The notes beneath the pieces were generated by a model. That model did no database searches and was not told where the DNA came from. It saw nothing but the letters and a program-made list of their open reading frames with translations. Of a DNA stretch of 64,000 nt, positions 12,591-25,799 are shown one piece after another (position 1 is the stretch's first letter; each line of letters starts with the position of its first letter). This stretch comes from Mustelus asterias (lineage: Eukaryota): NCBI RefSeq assembly GCF_964213995.1, contig NW_027590121.1, positions 124,001-188,000 on the forward strand, read 5' to 3'. The position numbers and the translations under genes were made by a program.

Positions 12591-13431
12591 TAAATGCTTG
12601 AACTCAATTTGCCTCAATGTTTTGAAGAAGATAAAGTGGTCAATAATCATTACAAAAACATCCACATGTAGAAGGATTGGAGCCTGATATTGGTCAGAGG
12701 CCAGAGCGAGTGAGAGAAGGTGTGTCTGATGTGGAAAAGGCTGTCAAAATATGAATGAAAAACCCACATTGAGAACGGCTTTCTGAATTATTACACTGTA
12801 ATCATTTCAACTATGTTCATTTCTTTTATGAATGGAAGTGGCACTGAAAGGTTTACCTAGCCGGCTGGTAATGAATTGTAGGTAATGAGGACAAGCTTTA
12901 CATATCCTCTGGGGACTGTAAACTTGCTGTCTGAACTTTGCTCTCGTGTTTTGAACACATGATTGGCGCTGACATTATTATCAATTAAACAAATTCCAAA
13001 CTCCGATAGTCGTGGCTTATTGAATATACGATAACTAACCCGATTGAAGTTAATAATTTTAAACAGAGGTTCCATTGAGAGAAATCCTGCGTACAATAGT
13101 GGAAATGTTTATACTTCAAGATTGTTGCACGGAATGGACAGTGACAGCCAGTACCTTTGCTCCAAAGCGGCAGGTATACTTTTTAAGGATATCGTCACAA
13201 AGACATGTGTCTTCCTTTGAACTATGGTGGGAAGGATTCCATAACTGATTATCCGACCGCTGAACGGCGGCATAACCGCTCCTTCCTTCTCCAAAAGATC
13301 CTCGCTTTAGCCTTGAATTGGGAGTTTCTCTTCAAACGACAGGGACGCTGGCAATGTGGTGAGTCAATCAGCCACTCCGACACAAAATGCAATAATTGTT
13401 CAATAATTGCCTCAGTGCTTCAAGAGGGAAA

Positions 13432-14975
13432 TTGAGTGGTTGGTAAACTGATAGAGAAGATCCTGAGGGACAGGATATATGAGCATTTAGAGAGGTTTAG
13501 TATGCTCAAGAATACTCAGCATGGCTTTGTCAAGGGTAGATCGTGCCTTACGCGCCTGGTGGAGTTCTTCGAAAAGATCCAAAGATCTGCGGGTTAGGTT
13601 GATTGGCAAGGTTAAAAATTGCCCCTTAGAGTCCTGTGATGCGTAGGTTAGTGGGATTAGCGGGTAAATATGTGGGGGTAGGGCCTGGGTGGGATTGTGG
13701 TCGGTGCAGACTCGATGGGCCAAATGGCCTCCTTCTGCACTGTAGGGTTTCTATGAGTTCTATGAGTTCTAAAATGTGACTAAACACATTGACGAAGGGA
13801 AGGCCGTAGATGTGGTTTATATGGATTTTAGCAAAGCGTTCGATAAGGTCCCCCATGCAAGGCTTCCAGAAAAAGTGAGAGGGCATGGGATCCTAGGGGC
13901 TGCTGCCCGGTGGATCCAGAACTGGCTTGCCCAAAGGAGGCAGAGAGTGGGTATAGATGGGTCTTTTTCTAAATGGAGGTCGGTCACCAGTGGTGTGCCC
14001 CAGGGATCTGTTCTGGGACCCTTGCTGTTTGTCATTTTCATAAATGACCTGGATGAGGAAGCGGAGGGATGGGTTGGTAAGTTTGCCGACGACACGAAGG
14101 TTGGTGGGGTTGTGGATAGCCTGGAGGGATGTCAGAAGTTACAGAGGGACATAGATAGGATGCAAGACTGGGAGGACAAGTGGCAGATGGACTTCAACCC
14201 AGATAAATGCGTCGTGGTCCATTTTGGGAGGTCAAATGGGATGAAGGAGTGCAATATAAAGGGAAAGACTCTTGGTACTGTAGAGGATCAGAAGGACCTT
14301 GGGGTCCGGGTCCATAGGACTCTAAAATCGGCCCCGCAGGTGGAGGAGGTGATTAAGAACGCGTATGGTGTGCTGGCCTTTATCAATCGAGGGATTGAGT
14401 TTAGGAGTCCGGGGATAATGATGCAGCTATATAAGACCCTCGTCAGACCCCACTTGGAGTAATGTGCTCAGTTCTGGTCGCCTCACTATAGGAAGGATGT
14501 GGAAATAATTGAAAGGGTACAGAGGAGATTTACAAGGATGTTGCCTGGATTGAGTGGCATGCCTTATGAGGATAGGCTGAGGGAGCTCGGTCTTTTCTCC
14601 TTGGAGAGACGAAGGATGAGAGGAGACCTAATAGAAGTGCATAAGATGTTGAGATGCATAGATCGGGTGGACTCTCAGGGGCTTTTTCCCAGGGTGGAAA
14701 TGTCTGCTACGAGAGGACACAGGTTTAAGGTTCTGGGGGGTAGGTACAGGGGAGATGTTAGGGGTAAGTTTTTCACACAGAGGGTGGTGGGCGAGTGGAA
14801 TCGGCTGCCGTCAGTGGTGGTGGAGGCGAACTCAATAGGGTCTTTTAAGAAACTCCTGGATGAGTACATGGAGCTTAATAGGATGAAGGGTTATAGGTAG
14901 GTCTAGAAGGTAGGGATGTGTTCGGCACAACTTGTGGGCCGAAGGGCCTGTTCGTGCTGTAGTTTTTCTATGTTT
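13432..14975 (+). mobile_element. CR1 LINE, 5'-truncated, with a nested SINE at ~13577-13770
   Basis: ORFs 13776-14462 ([15 protein letters not shown]) and 14499-14900; near-identical to the copy at 31716-33220. Confidence 0.92.
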
Positions 14976-15372
14976 TTTCTACGAAATCTCGCAGTCATGG
15001 CTGAGCCATTCCCCCGATGGTAAGGCTTAAACGGACTGATCCTGAATGAACCAAATCCTGGACCAAGCTTGAGTTTGACGGCCACAATAATCAGAATCGG
15101 GTTACATGTCACCATCTGCTGTGTAAAACCGTAATATCCCCCCCCCCCCCCCCCCAATAAAGCACTGACTGTTACGCAGCTCTGAGCGTTTCCAATCATT
15201 GGCAGTCAGCCAATGGCAGCCAGCTCACCAGCCTGCCTATTCTCAATGTCACTGGGAACGTCAGAAAGTGAAGTGAAAACATCCTGAGACTCACAGCAGA
15301 TTACTGAGGGCAGGGTTTAGAACGGGTGTCTTCAAAATCCCCAACTCCTCTTCTACAGAGCGGACAGCGACA

Positions 15373-15835
15373 ATGCGGCTGCTCAGCATCTGGGTTGTGT
15401 GGGCAATATTTCTGACAGGTAAATGTGGACCAAACACATTTCAACTTTTTTGTTACATTTTTGAAACATGGTGTCAAACAAAATTTTCAACAGTCGCCGG
15501 TCAGATCTTTTTATATTTGTTATTTCAGATCTGATTCGTGGAGATTCTGTCACTCAGTCGCCGTCCTCAGATGTTAGGACAGAAGAAGAAGCGGTGACTT
15601 TAAATTGTAAATATGATACTGAAGCGAGGTACTACGATCTATACTGGTACCGGCTGCACCCAGACTCACAGCCTGAGTTTATATTGCGGAAATACTCAGA
15701 TGGCGGTGAAGGTAAAGCCGGTTTTGCCAAAAGACGTTTCTCTGCTAAGCTCCAGACCGAGAATAAATTCACCAGTTTAACCATCTGGGGTCTGAAGCTG
15801 GCTGACACCGCCGTATATTACTGCGCTATCAGACG
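15373..15835 (+). CDS. TCR alpha/delta V segment (V4), apparently functional
   Basis: Leader exon 15373-15418 (MRLLSIWVVWAIFLT/G); GT-AG intron; V exon 15529-15835 DLIRGDSVTQ...VTLNC...LYWYRL...DTAVYYCAIR with Cys23, Trp41 and Cys104 intact. Confidence 0.95.
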
Positions 15836-15874
15836 CACAGTGACAGAAAACAAGCTCAGTCCTGTACAAAAACT
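15836..15874 (+). other. 23-RSS of V4
   Basis: CACAGTG, 23 bp, ACAAAAACT. Confidence 0.95.
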
Positions 15875-17322
15875 GCCTATCACTACAGAATGAAAATCGC
15901 GGTAGATGTAGCCACAATGTACAGCGAAAGGAAACCAAGCCAACCTCGAATGAAACTGTTCCCAGAAGCAACTGCACAAACAAACTGCTGATTTCAATCC
16001 GACAAACAGATCAGCACAGAGTCATATTTGAAGATACCCGTTCTAATCCCCGCCTTTAATAATTTGTTCTCAACCCTCGGGATGTTCATGTCTCACTTCC
16101 ATGTGTGACTCTTGTTCTGTGAGAGCACTTGGTGGCGATCTGGTGCTGACATGGAAATAAAAGCGTCCGAGCCTGGCTACAGTCATGTCTTGATCGGGAA
16201 CGGCCGAAATTTCAGAGACTGGGGGAGGTGGAAGAGGTGGTCGGGGAATGTAATCCTGGTCTGTATATTATCATTAGAAAAAATTGGATTGTTAGTGCTG
16301 ACAGAAACCACACCAGCCTCCAGGAAACATTCTGAAGCTCACTGGGCACGAGGGAAAATCTACTTGGGGTTGGTTTAAAGATCACAGTCACCACTTTGCG
16401 AAATCTGTTCAATGTCTATAAGTTTTCTCTGTTTAAATAAACTGCGAGAGCTCCAGAAAACTGGGAGGGGATATGGAGAGAGGATTGTTCAATGTTACAG
16501 TCACGGAAAATACATCGAAAGGAAAAAAGTAATTGGAGTAATGAAGTAGATTACTAAAGGTTGCTCTCAGTATAACTGGAGTTAACTAACACAATTCCGC
16601 AAGTGTTCCTGACGTTTTTGTTTTGAGACTGCCGGTTACTCTGACTTTGTAGGCGGAGTTTTTGATTTTGTTTAGCAATGAGAGCGCTGTCTGGAACTCC
16701 CTGTGGGGTTTTTGTCCCGAACCTGCGACTTCTCTGCTGGCTGCGTAGCACAGAAATGCGGCGTCAGAGAAAACGTCTCCCGTGATTTTTCAAGGGACGG
16801 TTTGGTTTCCTTTGTGAAAATCAGCAGAGATCTTGCCTTGCACGTTTGGAGACCTGTTTTCAGCCCTCAGCAAAGGAGAGAGTCTGGAGAATGCATCCAC
16901 AAGACAGATCCCATCAGCTCCGAACAGAGGAGTTAGATGTCAGGCTCACTTCAAACTGAGCAATTGCGTGCAACCCTTAAACGTGTATTTGATAAACCAA
17001 CCTTTTTAACATATTCATTTTCACCTATTCACTGTCATTGTATTTCCACACTCTGTCTGGTATGGCACTATCACAGAGAACACCTGAGAACATCTTCCTC
17101 ATCGACCCCCGTCTCAAACTCAGTCTGATTAGTAACAGTGACTCAAATTCTAGGAACAGCTTCATCCACATTCAACACTTGCATTTCATTCTTCAAGGCG
17201 ATTTCTTTCAGTTCAATTGAAGGTAAACCTGTCTCTTAGCTCAATTAGGATCAAGCTGGCTGTCTTTACTCGCCTCGAGTTTATCGTCAATGTCTCAGTT
17301 CTCTGTAATCAGCGTTTAAGTT

Positions 17323-17343
17323 AGTGACGTCAGACCAATCAGA
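17323..17343 (+). promoter_or_regulatory. V5 promoter: CRE decamer and CCAAT box
   Basis: AGTGACGTCA at 17323-17332 and CCAAT at 17335-17339, ~160 bp upstream of the leader ATG. Confidence 0.7.
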
Positions 17344-17490
17344 TCCAGCGATCTCTGCTCTTCCTCCCATAGGTTCTGTAGGATGTGACGACGGATCAGC
17401 CTCAGCCAATGCTCTCAGCATTATCTTGTTCGATATTTTGCAGCTTTCGGAGACACAAGAAGTCCCTGGAATTCAGGAGCAGCACTAGGA

Positions 17491-19565
17491 ATGCGGATGC
17501 CGGTTCTCACTGTGAACTGGGTGACAGTCATTGTCGGTAAGAAGTTTAAAACTTGAAAAAAGCGTAAACTGAGTTTAAGTTCTGGAGAAAAAAAGCCAAT
17601 ATCGGGCCTGTCATACGTCTTTGCTCTTGGCTTTTACTTTCAGGAGTATAGTTTGGCGAAACGCACAGCAAACCGATACCAAAATTGGGAGATGACACCT
17701 ATCAGAAAGCAATGTAAACGTTGAGGTTAATTTTTACATAAGAACATAAGAAATAGGAGCAGGAGGAGGCCATCTAGCCCCTCGAGCCTGCCCCGCCTTT
17801 CAATAAGATCATGGCTGATCTGAAGTGGATCAGTTCCACTTACCCGCCTGATCCCTATAACCCCTAATTCCCTTACCGATCAGAAATCCATCTATCCGTT
17901 CTTTAAACATATTCAACGAGGTAGCTTCCACCACTTCAGTGGGCAGAGAATTCCAGAGATTCACCACTCTCTCAGAGAAGACGTTCCTCCTCAACTCTGT
18001 CCTAAACGGACCCCCCTTTATTTTGAGGCTGTGCCCTCTAGTTCTAGGTTCCTTTCTAAGTGGAAAGAATCTCTCCATCTCTACCCTATCCAGCCCCTTC
18101 ATTATCTTGTAGGTCTCTATAAGATCGCCCCTCAGCCTTCTAAATTCCAACGAATACAAACCCAATCTGCCCAGTCTCTCCTCATAATCAACACCCCTCA
18201 TCTCTGGTATCAACCTGGTGAACCTTCTCTGCACTCCCTCCAAGGCCAATATATCCTTCCGCAAATAAGGGGACCAATACTGCACACAGTATTCCAGCTG
18301 CGGCCTCACCAGTGCCCTGTACAGATGCAGCAAGAATCTCTGCTTTTATATTCTATCCCTCTTGCGATATAGGCCAACATCCCATTTGCCTTCTTGATCA
18401 CCTGTTGCACCTGCAGACTGGGTTTTTGCGTCTCATGCACAAGGACCCCCAGGTCCCTCTGCACGGCAGCATGTTGTAATTTCTTTCCATTTAGATAATA
18501 ATCCAATTTGCTATTATTTCTTCCAAGTGAATAACCTCGCATTTGTCAACGTTTTCTCCATCTGCCAGATCCTCGCGCACTCACTCAGCCTGTCCAAATC
18601 TCTCTGCAGACCTTCTACGCCCTCCACACGATTCACTTTTCCACTTATCTTTGTGTCGTCTGCAAACTTTGTTACCCTACACTCAGTCCCCTCCTCCAGA
18701 TCGTCTATACAAATGGTAAATAGTTGAGGCCCCAGTACCGATCCCTGCGGCACGCCACTAGTTACCATCTGCCAACCAGAAAAACACCCATTTATTCCGA
18801 CTCTCTGCTTCCTGTCGAGAAGACTAAAGCATAACCTGACTGGTGTATTTACAGTGATGAAGAGGTTTGACGTGGTGAACGGGGAGAGAATGATTCCACT
18901 TGGGCAGGATTCCATACCCATGTCCCATAAATCTAAGTGAAACAAAAAGATTAAGAAGAATTACAGAGAATCTTCTTTAGAAAGAGTTCTGTAGAAAGTG
19001 ACTCACATTAACACAATGAACACTTGAGGAGAGGAGTAAAAACACAGTTGCGTGAACTAGATAAAACAGCTGAGAGAGAAAGGGACAGAGGCATTTGACA
19101 TGAGGCGAGAGGGAGGATTCTACTGGGGATTGTAAACGGGGACGAAAAATCAGTTGGAACGAATGTATTATCATTTAATGTTTATTTTTATGTTACACCG
19201 TCTGCGAATTTCCACCCCCAGTGCAGTTTAATGTTTTTCTTTGTTTAAACGTGATTTCCAGATATGAGCAATGGAGATTCAGTTCGTCAGCCGGAATCCT
19301 CACTCACACGGTCAGAGGGAGAAGATGTCACTTTAAGCTGCACCAATACGGACAATGCTTATTATTTATTCTGGCACCGTCAATACCCAGGCAAACAGCC
19401 CGAGTTGGCGGTCCGGAAGGACACGAGCGGCAGTTATGAATTTAAGGCGGATTTCGCTCAGACCCGGTTTCCTGATACAATTCAGCACTCAGAAAAGTTG
19501 CACCGCTTGACCATCTCGGAGCTGCTGCTGTCTGACACCGCGGCCTATTACTGTGCACAGGATCT
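17491..19565 (+). CDS. TCR alpha/delta V segment (V5), open reading frame, with a CR1-expanded leader intron
   Basis: Leader exon 17491-17536 (MRMPVLTVNWVTVIV/G, GTAAG donor); V exon 19262-19565 DMSNGDSVRQ...VTLSC...LFWHRQYPG...DTAAYYCAQD. Confidence 0.9.
17737..18817 (-). mobile_element. CR1 LINE, 5'-truncated, inside the V5 leader intron
   Basis: ORFs 17830-18333 and 18306-18542; (CATAAGAA)n tail; same subfamily as the copies at 33474 and 60570. Confidence 0.92.
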
Positions 19566-19604
19566 CACAGTGATGAGAATTAGTGCAATCGTCGTGCAAA
19601 AACT
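19566..19604 (+). other. 23-RSS of V5
   Basis: CACAGTG, 23 bp, GCAAAAACT. Confidence 0.93.
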
Positions 19605-20639
19605 GCCGCAGGTTTCTGAGTCACGGTTGCAGTCTGCTGAGTACCGTTTACAACAGCGGGTCTGACACTGACACGTAAATATATCCCCGTGAACGCAAAC
19701 CCCGAGAACAATCCACATAAACACCATTTAAAATCGTTCACATCGAAGACAGATTCCTTCTGATTATTACATTCACTGTGCGAGGGCAGAATTGGCTGCA
19801 GTTTGTTTGGGGTTCACTGGGAACTCGGCACTAACATTGAGAATTCAAAGCGAAGCATCAGTCAATAGTGTAAACTGAAGCCCGCCAGCTGAGGCAAATC
19901 CCAATAACTAATCGTGACTAAACACCTCTCACTTAAATTCACTTATGAAGTGAGAATGGTTAACATAAGATTTGCAAAAGGATTACTTCCAGTCATGATG
20001 AGGAGCGATTAGTGGAGTAAATGATTTAAAACGAAATAATTGGCGTGGCTTAAGCACTGGAACGGATGGTATGAAAACCGACTAAGTACAGAAGCTGGAT
20101 TGACAAGAGCTTCAGAAAGTTTTCTAAAATCTCCAGAAGCGCTTTGGGAAATCGGAACAAGCCAGAGAATAATTTATGCCCACAAAATATGGATTCGTTT
20201 TCCTGCACTTCCCTCAGTGTTATTTACCTACTGTTACATTTACCTGTTGCCCGTACCTCCGTTAACATCTGGAACACAATAACAAATATTTAACACAGCA
20301 ATTATGTCACAAAATCTCCAATTTGCCAATGAGTATCAATTCTCCATTCACGTCTTTGCATTAATGTATTCGTTGTAAATGGAACAGAGGAAATATTCGC
20401 CAGTGCTGAATCTGTTAGTCAAGGCTTGTTAATATTTTGTATCTCTTTTAAATGAGAACAATTCGCTGATGGATTTAGAAATTCCAGTTGCTCAGTCCCC
20501 ACCCCCACCACACGTCCCCCCGCCACCCGCCCCCCCCCCCCCCGACCCCCCGGCCCCCGGAGACCCGTTCCTTTGACCCTCTATTCCCTTTGTCACACTG
20601 TATATCTGTTCAATATTTCCTCTGGTTTCAGTCACTGTG

Positions 20640-21111
20640 TCTCTCAGTCCGCAGTAATACACTGCGCTGTTAGACAGTCACAGCTCACGTATGGCGAAAC
20701 TCCCTTCACTTTTTGAAGTGTTCATAGATGCAGAAAATTGAGTCCCCACTCCCTCTGGTCTGGTCTGAAAACATCGCCATATATAGGGATGTAGATCAAG
20801 AATGGGGGGCTTTTCCCCCACATCATTCTGAAATCATTCATGAGCGAATCTCCTTCAAACGTTGTCGTAAAACGGCTCCTGTGAGACAGAATCTGAGTCG
20901 ATAACACCTAGCAACAAATTAAAAATACAGATTTTTAAAAAAAATTGGCAATGATATCAAGTTAACGGAATTGTTTGCAAACAGTGGAGAAACAGATAAT
21001 AGGTGATTTCCAAGTCCGGATCACGAGCAAAGTGAAAATTATTCAACCTAGGAACTTGACAGTTAAGAGCGCTGAAGCTGAGAGAATTTCTGCAAAGGTA
21101 ACAGTTAACAT
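20640..21111 (-). pseudogene. TCR V pseudogene (V6) with internal deletion
   Basis: Leader-like exon 21111-21048; V exon from 20907 (GVIDSDSVSQEP...PPFLIYIPIYG...FSASMNTSKSEGSFAIREL*LSNSAVYYCGLRD); the Cys23-Trp41 region is missing; RSS CACAGTG (20639-20633), 23 bp, ACAGATATA; TGACGTCA at 21316-21323. Confidence 0.82.
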
Positions 21112-21879
21112 GTTCACAGAGCTGATGCGGGATCTGAACTCAGTGAGTTGAAGCTCAATTTTTCCAGGACAGAGTTCACAAAATGTTGAGTCATATCGGC
21201 CTCACTAGCAGTTGGTTCATTCCTGATAGAGCCAACAGGAGACACCCAATCAGCTCACAGCTCCTTTGTCGTACATTTCATCTAATCAGCTAAGACTGTC
21301 TTCATTCTACAAACATGACGTCAGAGCGAGGAGTATGTAACAATTTGAATCTGTTCTTAGAACAATTAACTGGACAGAAGAACATCAGAGAATAGGAACA
21401 GGAGTTGGAGTGGACCATTTGCTCCTTTATTAGGGTCCGCTAGCTTCAGTAAGATCATGGCTGCTTTTCCTCACATCCATCTTCCTGCAATATCCGCATA
21501 TTCCTTATTTGCCTATCGTCACCCTTGTTGAATAACTATGTCTCTCTGTGATCGAGAATAGTAATGATGAGCATTAAAAATAATTGTGTTTCTTTATCTT
21601 TGCGATGGGTCACTCACAGGTAATAGTTCAAGTTGTTCCGATAACAGTACCAAAGTTTACCTGTCAATGAGCTGCTCGGTGATCTGGAAAACTACTATAA
21701 AGACGGGTTTTACAGAGAACGACACAGATTCAGCGCCGCAGAAATAAAACATTCGGGCAAGTTGGCTTTTTTAAATGTGTTTCTGTTATATTAACAGATC
21801 ACAGTCCAGATCACAGATCTGATTCAATAAGAAGAGGTGAGAGTGCCTTTGCTGTTTGTTGTAGACTGACTGTACCTCT

Positions 21880-22773
21880 AGAGGGAGAGGTAGTATTGAG
21901 GAAGCAGGGGAGTTGCAGAAGGAATGGAACAGGTTAGGAGAGTGGGCAAAGAAGTGGAAGATGGAATACAATGTGGAAAATTTTGAGGTTATGCACGTTG
22001 GAAGGAGGAATGGAGGCATGGACTATTTTCTAAATGGGAAAACGCTGAGGAAATTTGAAACACAAAGGGACCTGGGCGTCATTGTTCAAGGTTCCCTTAA
22101 GGTTAACGTGCAGATTCAATCGGCAGTTAAGAAGACAAATGCAATGTTTTGCATTCATGTCGAGAGGGCTAGAATACAAGAGGCTGTATAAGGCTCTGGT
22201 CAGAACCCATCTGGAATATTGTGAGCAGTTTTGGGCCCCGTATCTAAGGAAGGATGTACTGGCATTGGAAAGGGCCCAGAGGAGGTTCACAGGAATGAAC
22301 CCTGGAATGAAGAGCTTGTCGTATGAGGCACGGTTGAGGACTCTGGGTCTGTACTCGTTGGAGCTTAGAAGGATGAGGGGGTTGGGACGAACTTATTGAA
22401 ACTTACAGAATACTGCGAGGCCTGGATAGAGTGGATATGGAGAGTATGCTTCCACTCGTAGGAAAAACTAGAACAAAAGGGCACAACCTCAGGCTGAAGG
22501 GACGATCCTTTAAAACAGAAATGACGAGCAATTTCTTCAGCCAGAAAGTGGTGAATCTGTGGAACTCTATGCCACAGATGGCTTTGGAGGCCAGGTCATT
22601 GAGTGTCTTTAATACAGAGATAGATATCTTCTTGATTACTAAGGGGATCAGGGGTTCTGGGGAAAAGGCAGGAGAATGGGGGTGAGAAAAAAAATCAGCC
22701 ATGATTGAATGGCGGAGCAGACTCGATGGGCCGACTGGACTAATTCTGCTCCAGTGTCTTATGGTCTTATGGT
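21880..22773 (+). mobile_element. CR1 3' fragment inserted in the V7 RSS spacer
   Basis: ORFs 22055-22399 and 22431-22685; the (CTTATGGT)n tail ends 8 bp from the V7 heptamer. Confidence 0.88.
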
Positions 22774-22788
22774 CTCTGTAACAGTGTG

Positions 22789-23214
22789 GTGTTCAGCGCA
22801 CAGTGATACACGGCAGAGTCAGAGTCAAAGACCTCGGTGACATTTAAAGGACTTGTTTCCTTGTCTATGTACAAATCAGCAGAAAACCGGTCAGGACAAC
22901 CGGGAGACTTATTCCCCTTCCCCTTGCCGTAACTCCTCAGTAAATATCTCGGAGCTTCCCCGGGACACTGGATGCATCAAAAAAAAGTATTGTTTCGTAA
23001 GTGGGAGTTCAATATTACCGTCTGCCCTTACTGAAACGTTAATTCAGGCGGCTTCTGGGAAACTGAATCTTGGCCATTGGTTCCTGTAACAACATATAGA
23101 ATGTGCGAGAAATCTGTGAGTAAATATAACCCATGAAACACACACTGAGGATTTGAGCTCAGGCTCATCGGGCAGCATGACTATTATTATCAGTAAAGCA
23201 CACAGGGGACACAT
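22789..23214 (-). pseudogene. TCR V pseudogene (V7)
   Basis: Leader 23214-23169 (MCPLCALLIIIVMLP) with donor mutated to ATGAG; V exon from 23083 (GTNGQDSVSQKPPEL...PGEAPRYLL...DRFSADL...DSAVYHCALN) with stops; heptamer CACACTG at 22788-22782. Confidence 0.85.
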
Positions 23215-24146
23215 GGTTCCAGATTGGACAATAAACAGCGACACTGTTTAAAATATGTTGCTCCTTCTATTGTATCACAGAGTGAACTCAGATCAGAGGC
23301 AGCTTCTCTAATCGGGACACTGAATGGCGAATCTTTGTGCTGCGATTGGCTGGTCTCTTCGCTCTGAAGTCAGCTAAGGGCCAATCACGGTTAGTTGGTG
23401 GTATAATGGCTTACACTCTCCAATCAAATTCCATCCCTTGCCCTGTCTCCCATTGTCAGCCATTTTGTTATTGACTCGGTTCAAATCCTTTTCCTCTGAA
23501 CTTAATGGCCATCCCTTTCTCCGAAATGAAGGTAGAAGTTCAAATAAATATATTAAAGTAAGTCTCGATGCGCCGGAGGCCTTTTCTGCGCAATATACCT
23601 CTAAAATACTACAACTATATGACTCAATTCCCAGGGATATTTAGTGCTTGAACTTAATCAACAGTTTAAACCTTTTCAAAAGTACTGGGGATATTTAGTC
23701 ACCCAACTCCACATCGAGACGCAGTTCCACTGGCGCTGTTCTGGTACTGCCAAAATATTGATTACAGTTAATCATTATTTCTACCCACGAAAATGTGACA
23801 ACGCTGAAATTAGACCGCTGATAAACTGTGTCTCCTGATAGATTGTCAGGTGATCCAGAAATAATTTTACATGTACAGATTGATTGATCCAGGATATCTG
23901 CGGGTCTGTGCGAATGGGATCGGGAAATGATTGAATCCCACCCTGGAGTAATATGTCATCTTTCCCAACAGTGACAATCATTGGGTTCAGCGAAAGAAAG
24001 CCTCTCAGATGGGGCTGCATTGGTGCCTTCATTATCTGTACATATTATTTGAAATTCAGCCCCATGTGTTGCCCTGATCCGAAACTCTTGATTATCAATC
24101 AGCACCTGAATTTTGTGTGAGGCCTGCGGGAACCTCATTCACTGTG

Positions 24147-24931
24147 GGTCTCAGTGCACAGTAATACATGGCGCTGTCTGTCATCTTCAAGTTTCTCACG
24201 GACAAGTGAGATTCCCGCTGTGCTGTCGAAAGCCGGGAGCCGCCTTCTGAAATCAATAACTATTGGCCCTCAGCAGATACTGAGGAGGTCGTTGTGGACA
24301 CTGGCGACAGCAGAATAGACCATATTCTCTCGCTGAGCTCGGTACAGAGTAGCTGCAGGGTATTGATGAATCTCCACCCTCTGCTGCTTCAACTCCTTGA
24401 CTGGGTGACGTCTCCGTTACTCATTTGGGAAAATGAGCAGCAGGCAAAGAACGGGTTAGAAGGAGGGACATGAGGCGGATGAGCACCCAGAGATGGATTT
24501 TTAAAAATTCATTCGTGGGACCTGGGCGTCGCTGATCGGCCAGCATGTATTGCCCACCCTAGTTGCCCTTGAACTGAACGATTTGCTGGGCCATTTCAGA
24601 GTGCAATGGCGTTTTGCTGTGGTTCTGGAGTCACATATAGGTCTGACCAGGTAATGATGGCAGATTTCCTTCCATAAGGGGCATTAGTGAACTAGATTGC
24701 TTTTTTTTTCGATTATCGACAATGGTTTCCTGGTCATCAGTAGATTCTTAATTCCAGATTTTTTTAAATTGAATTCAAATTCCATGATATGCCGTGGCGG
24801 GATTCGAACCCGAGTCCGCAGAACATTGAAATGAGAATAAATATGAGGATTGGCTAATTTAGAGCAGAGGTTCAAATTGACCGACCTGTGATTAGGACAA
24901 TAAACAGAGGCAGACAGAATTCCACCCCCAT
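24147..24931 (-). pseudogene. TCR V pseudogene (V8)
   Basis: Leader 24931-24886 (MGVEFCLPLFIVLIT/G); SINE in the intron; acceptor mutated at ~24426; PCSYS...PPQYLL...DSAMYYCALRP with stops and indels; RSS CACAGTG (24146-24140), 23 bp, ACAAAATTC. Confidence 0.85.
24500..24860 (-). mobile_element. tRNA-derived SINE in the V8 intron
   Basis: B-box GGTTCGAATCCC on the minus strand near 24800; body related to the repeat at 29725-30085. Confidence 0.6.
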
Positions 24932-25799
24932 GATTCCAGTCTGAAATCCGTAAACAAAGACAGTTTCTGTACTAGACCTGTAATTGGAGATTTTCATCAG
25001 CCCGGTGGGGTGGGGGGGTGGGGGGGGGGGTGGGGGTGGTGTGGGGGGGGGAGGGGGAGGAGGTGTGGAGTTAATGAGTCGAATGCGATTTATTTCCTCC
25101 ACATATCTTCATGTCTTCAAACAGTGGCTTTCCCGAGGAGGGGATCGTGATCGCTCATAACTGATCGGAGAGCACCCTCCTGTGGACAGAATGACCGTTG
25201 GAAGCAGATGCACACGTGTAAAGATCTCCACGCATTGAGATCCACATTTGTCAGCGACAATATGTTTGCTTCCTTGGGTGCCGAGGAGGGATAAATGACC
25301 GAGTCAGCGTGAATGTTCACAGGCAAATCATTGAGCGTGCAGCGTTGTTATACTGAGAAAAATAAGGGGGATTCCATGTGTTGAATTAAATGCATTAAAT
25401 TCTGCTCGTTCAGTCCAAATGTTTCAACGGAGAGGAGGCACAAGATGAAAAGCTTGTGACCAGCGTAGAAATATTTTGACTGAATTCAAGTGCCATGTTT
25501 TTGTTTAATGGAATCTTCTGGCATTCATATTTGGTGGATTTATTTATTTTTACAGTCGTGACTGTCTATCCATTCCACTATATATACAGCACTTCTATTT
25601 ACCAATCAATTGTTGCACTACTTCTCTCTATTGTTGATCCCAAAGTATCTATGTCTTTAGGTATCTCTCGCATCCCGTCAACCTATCAAAAATATCCCTA
25701 TTTCCCCCTCCCTCCCTCACTCCCTCCCTCCTTTATCCTCCCTCCATCCATCCATCCCTCCATCTATCCCTTCCTTCCTCCCTCCCTCCCTCCCTCCGT

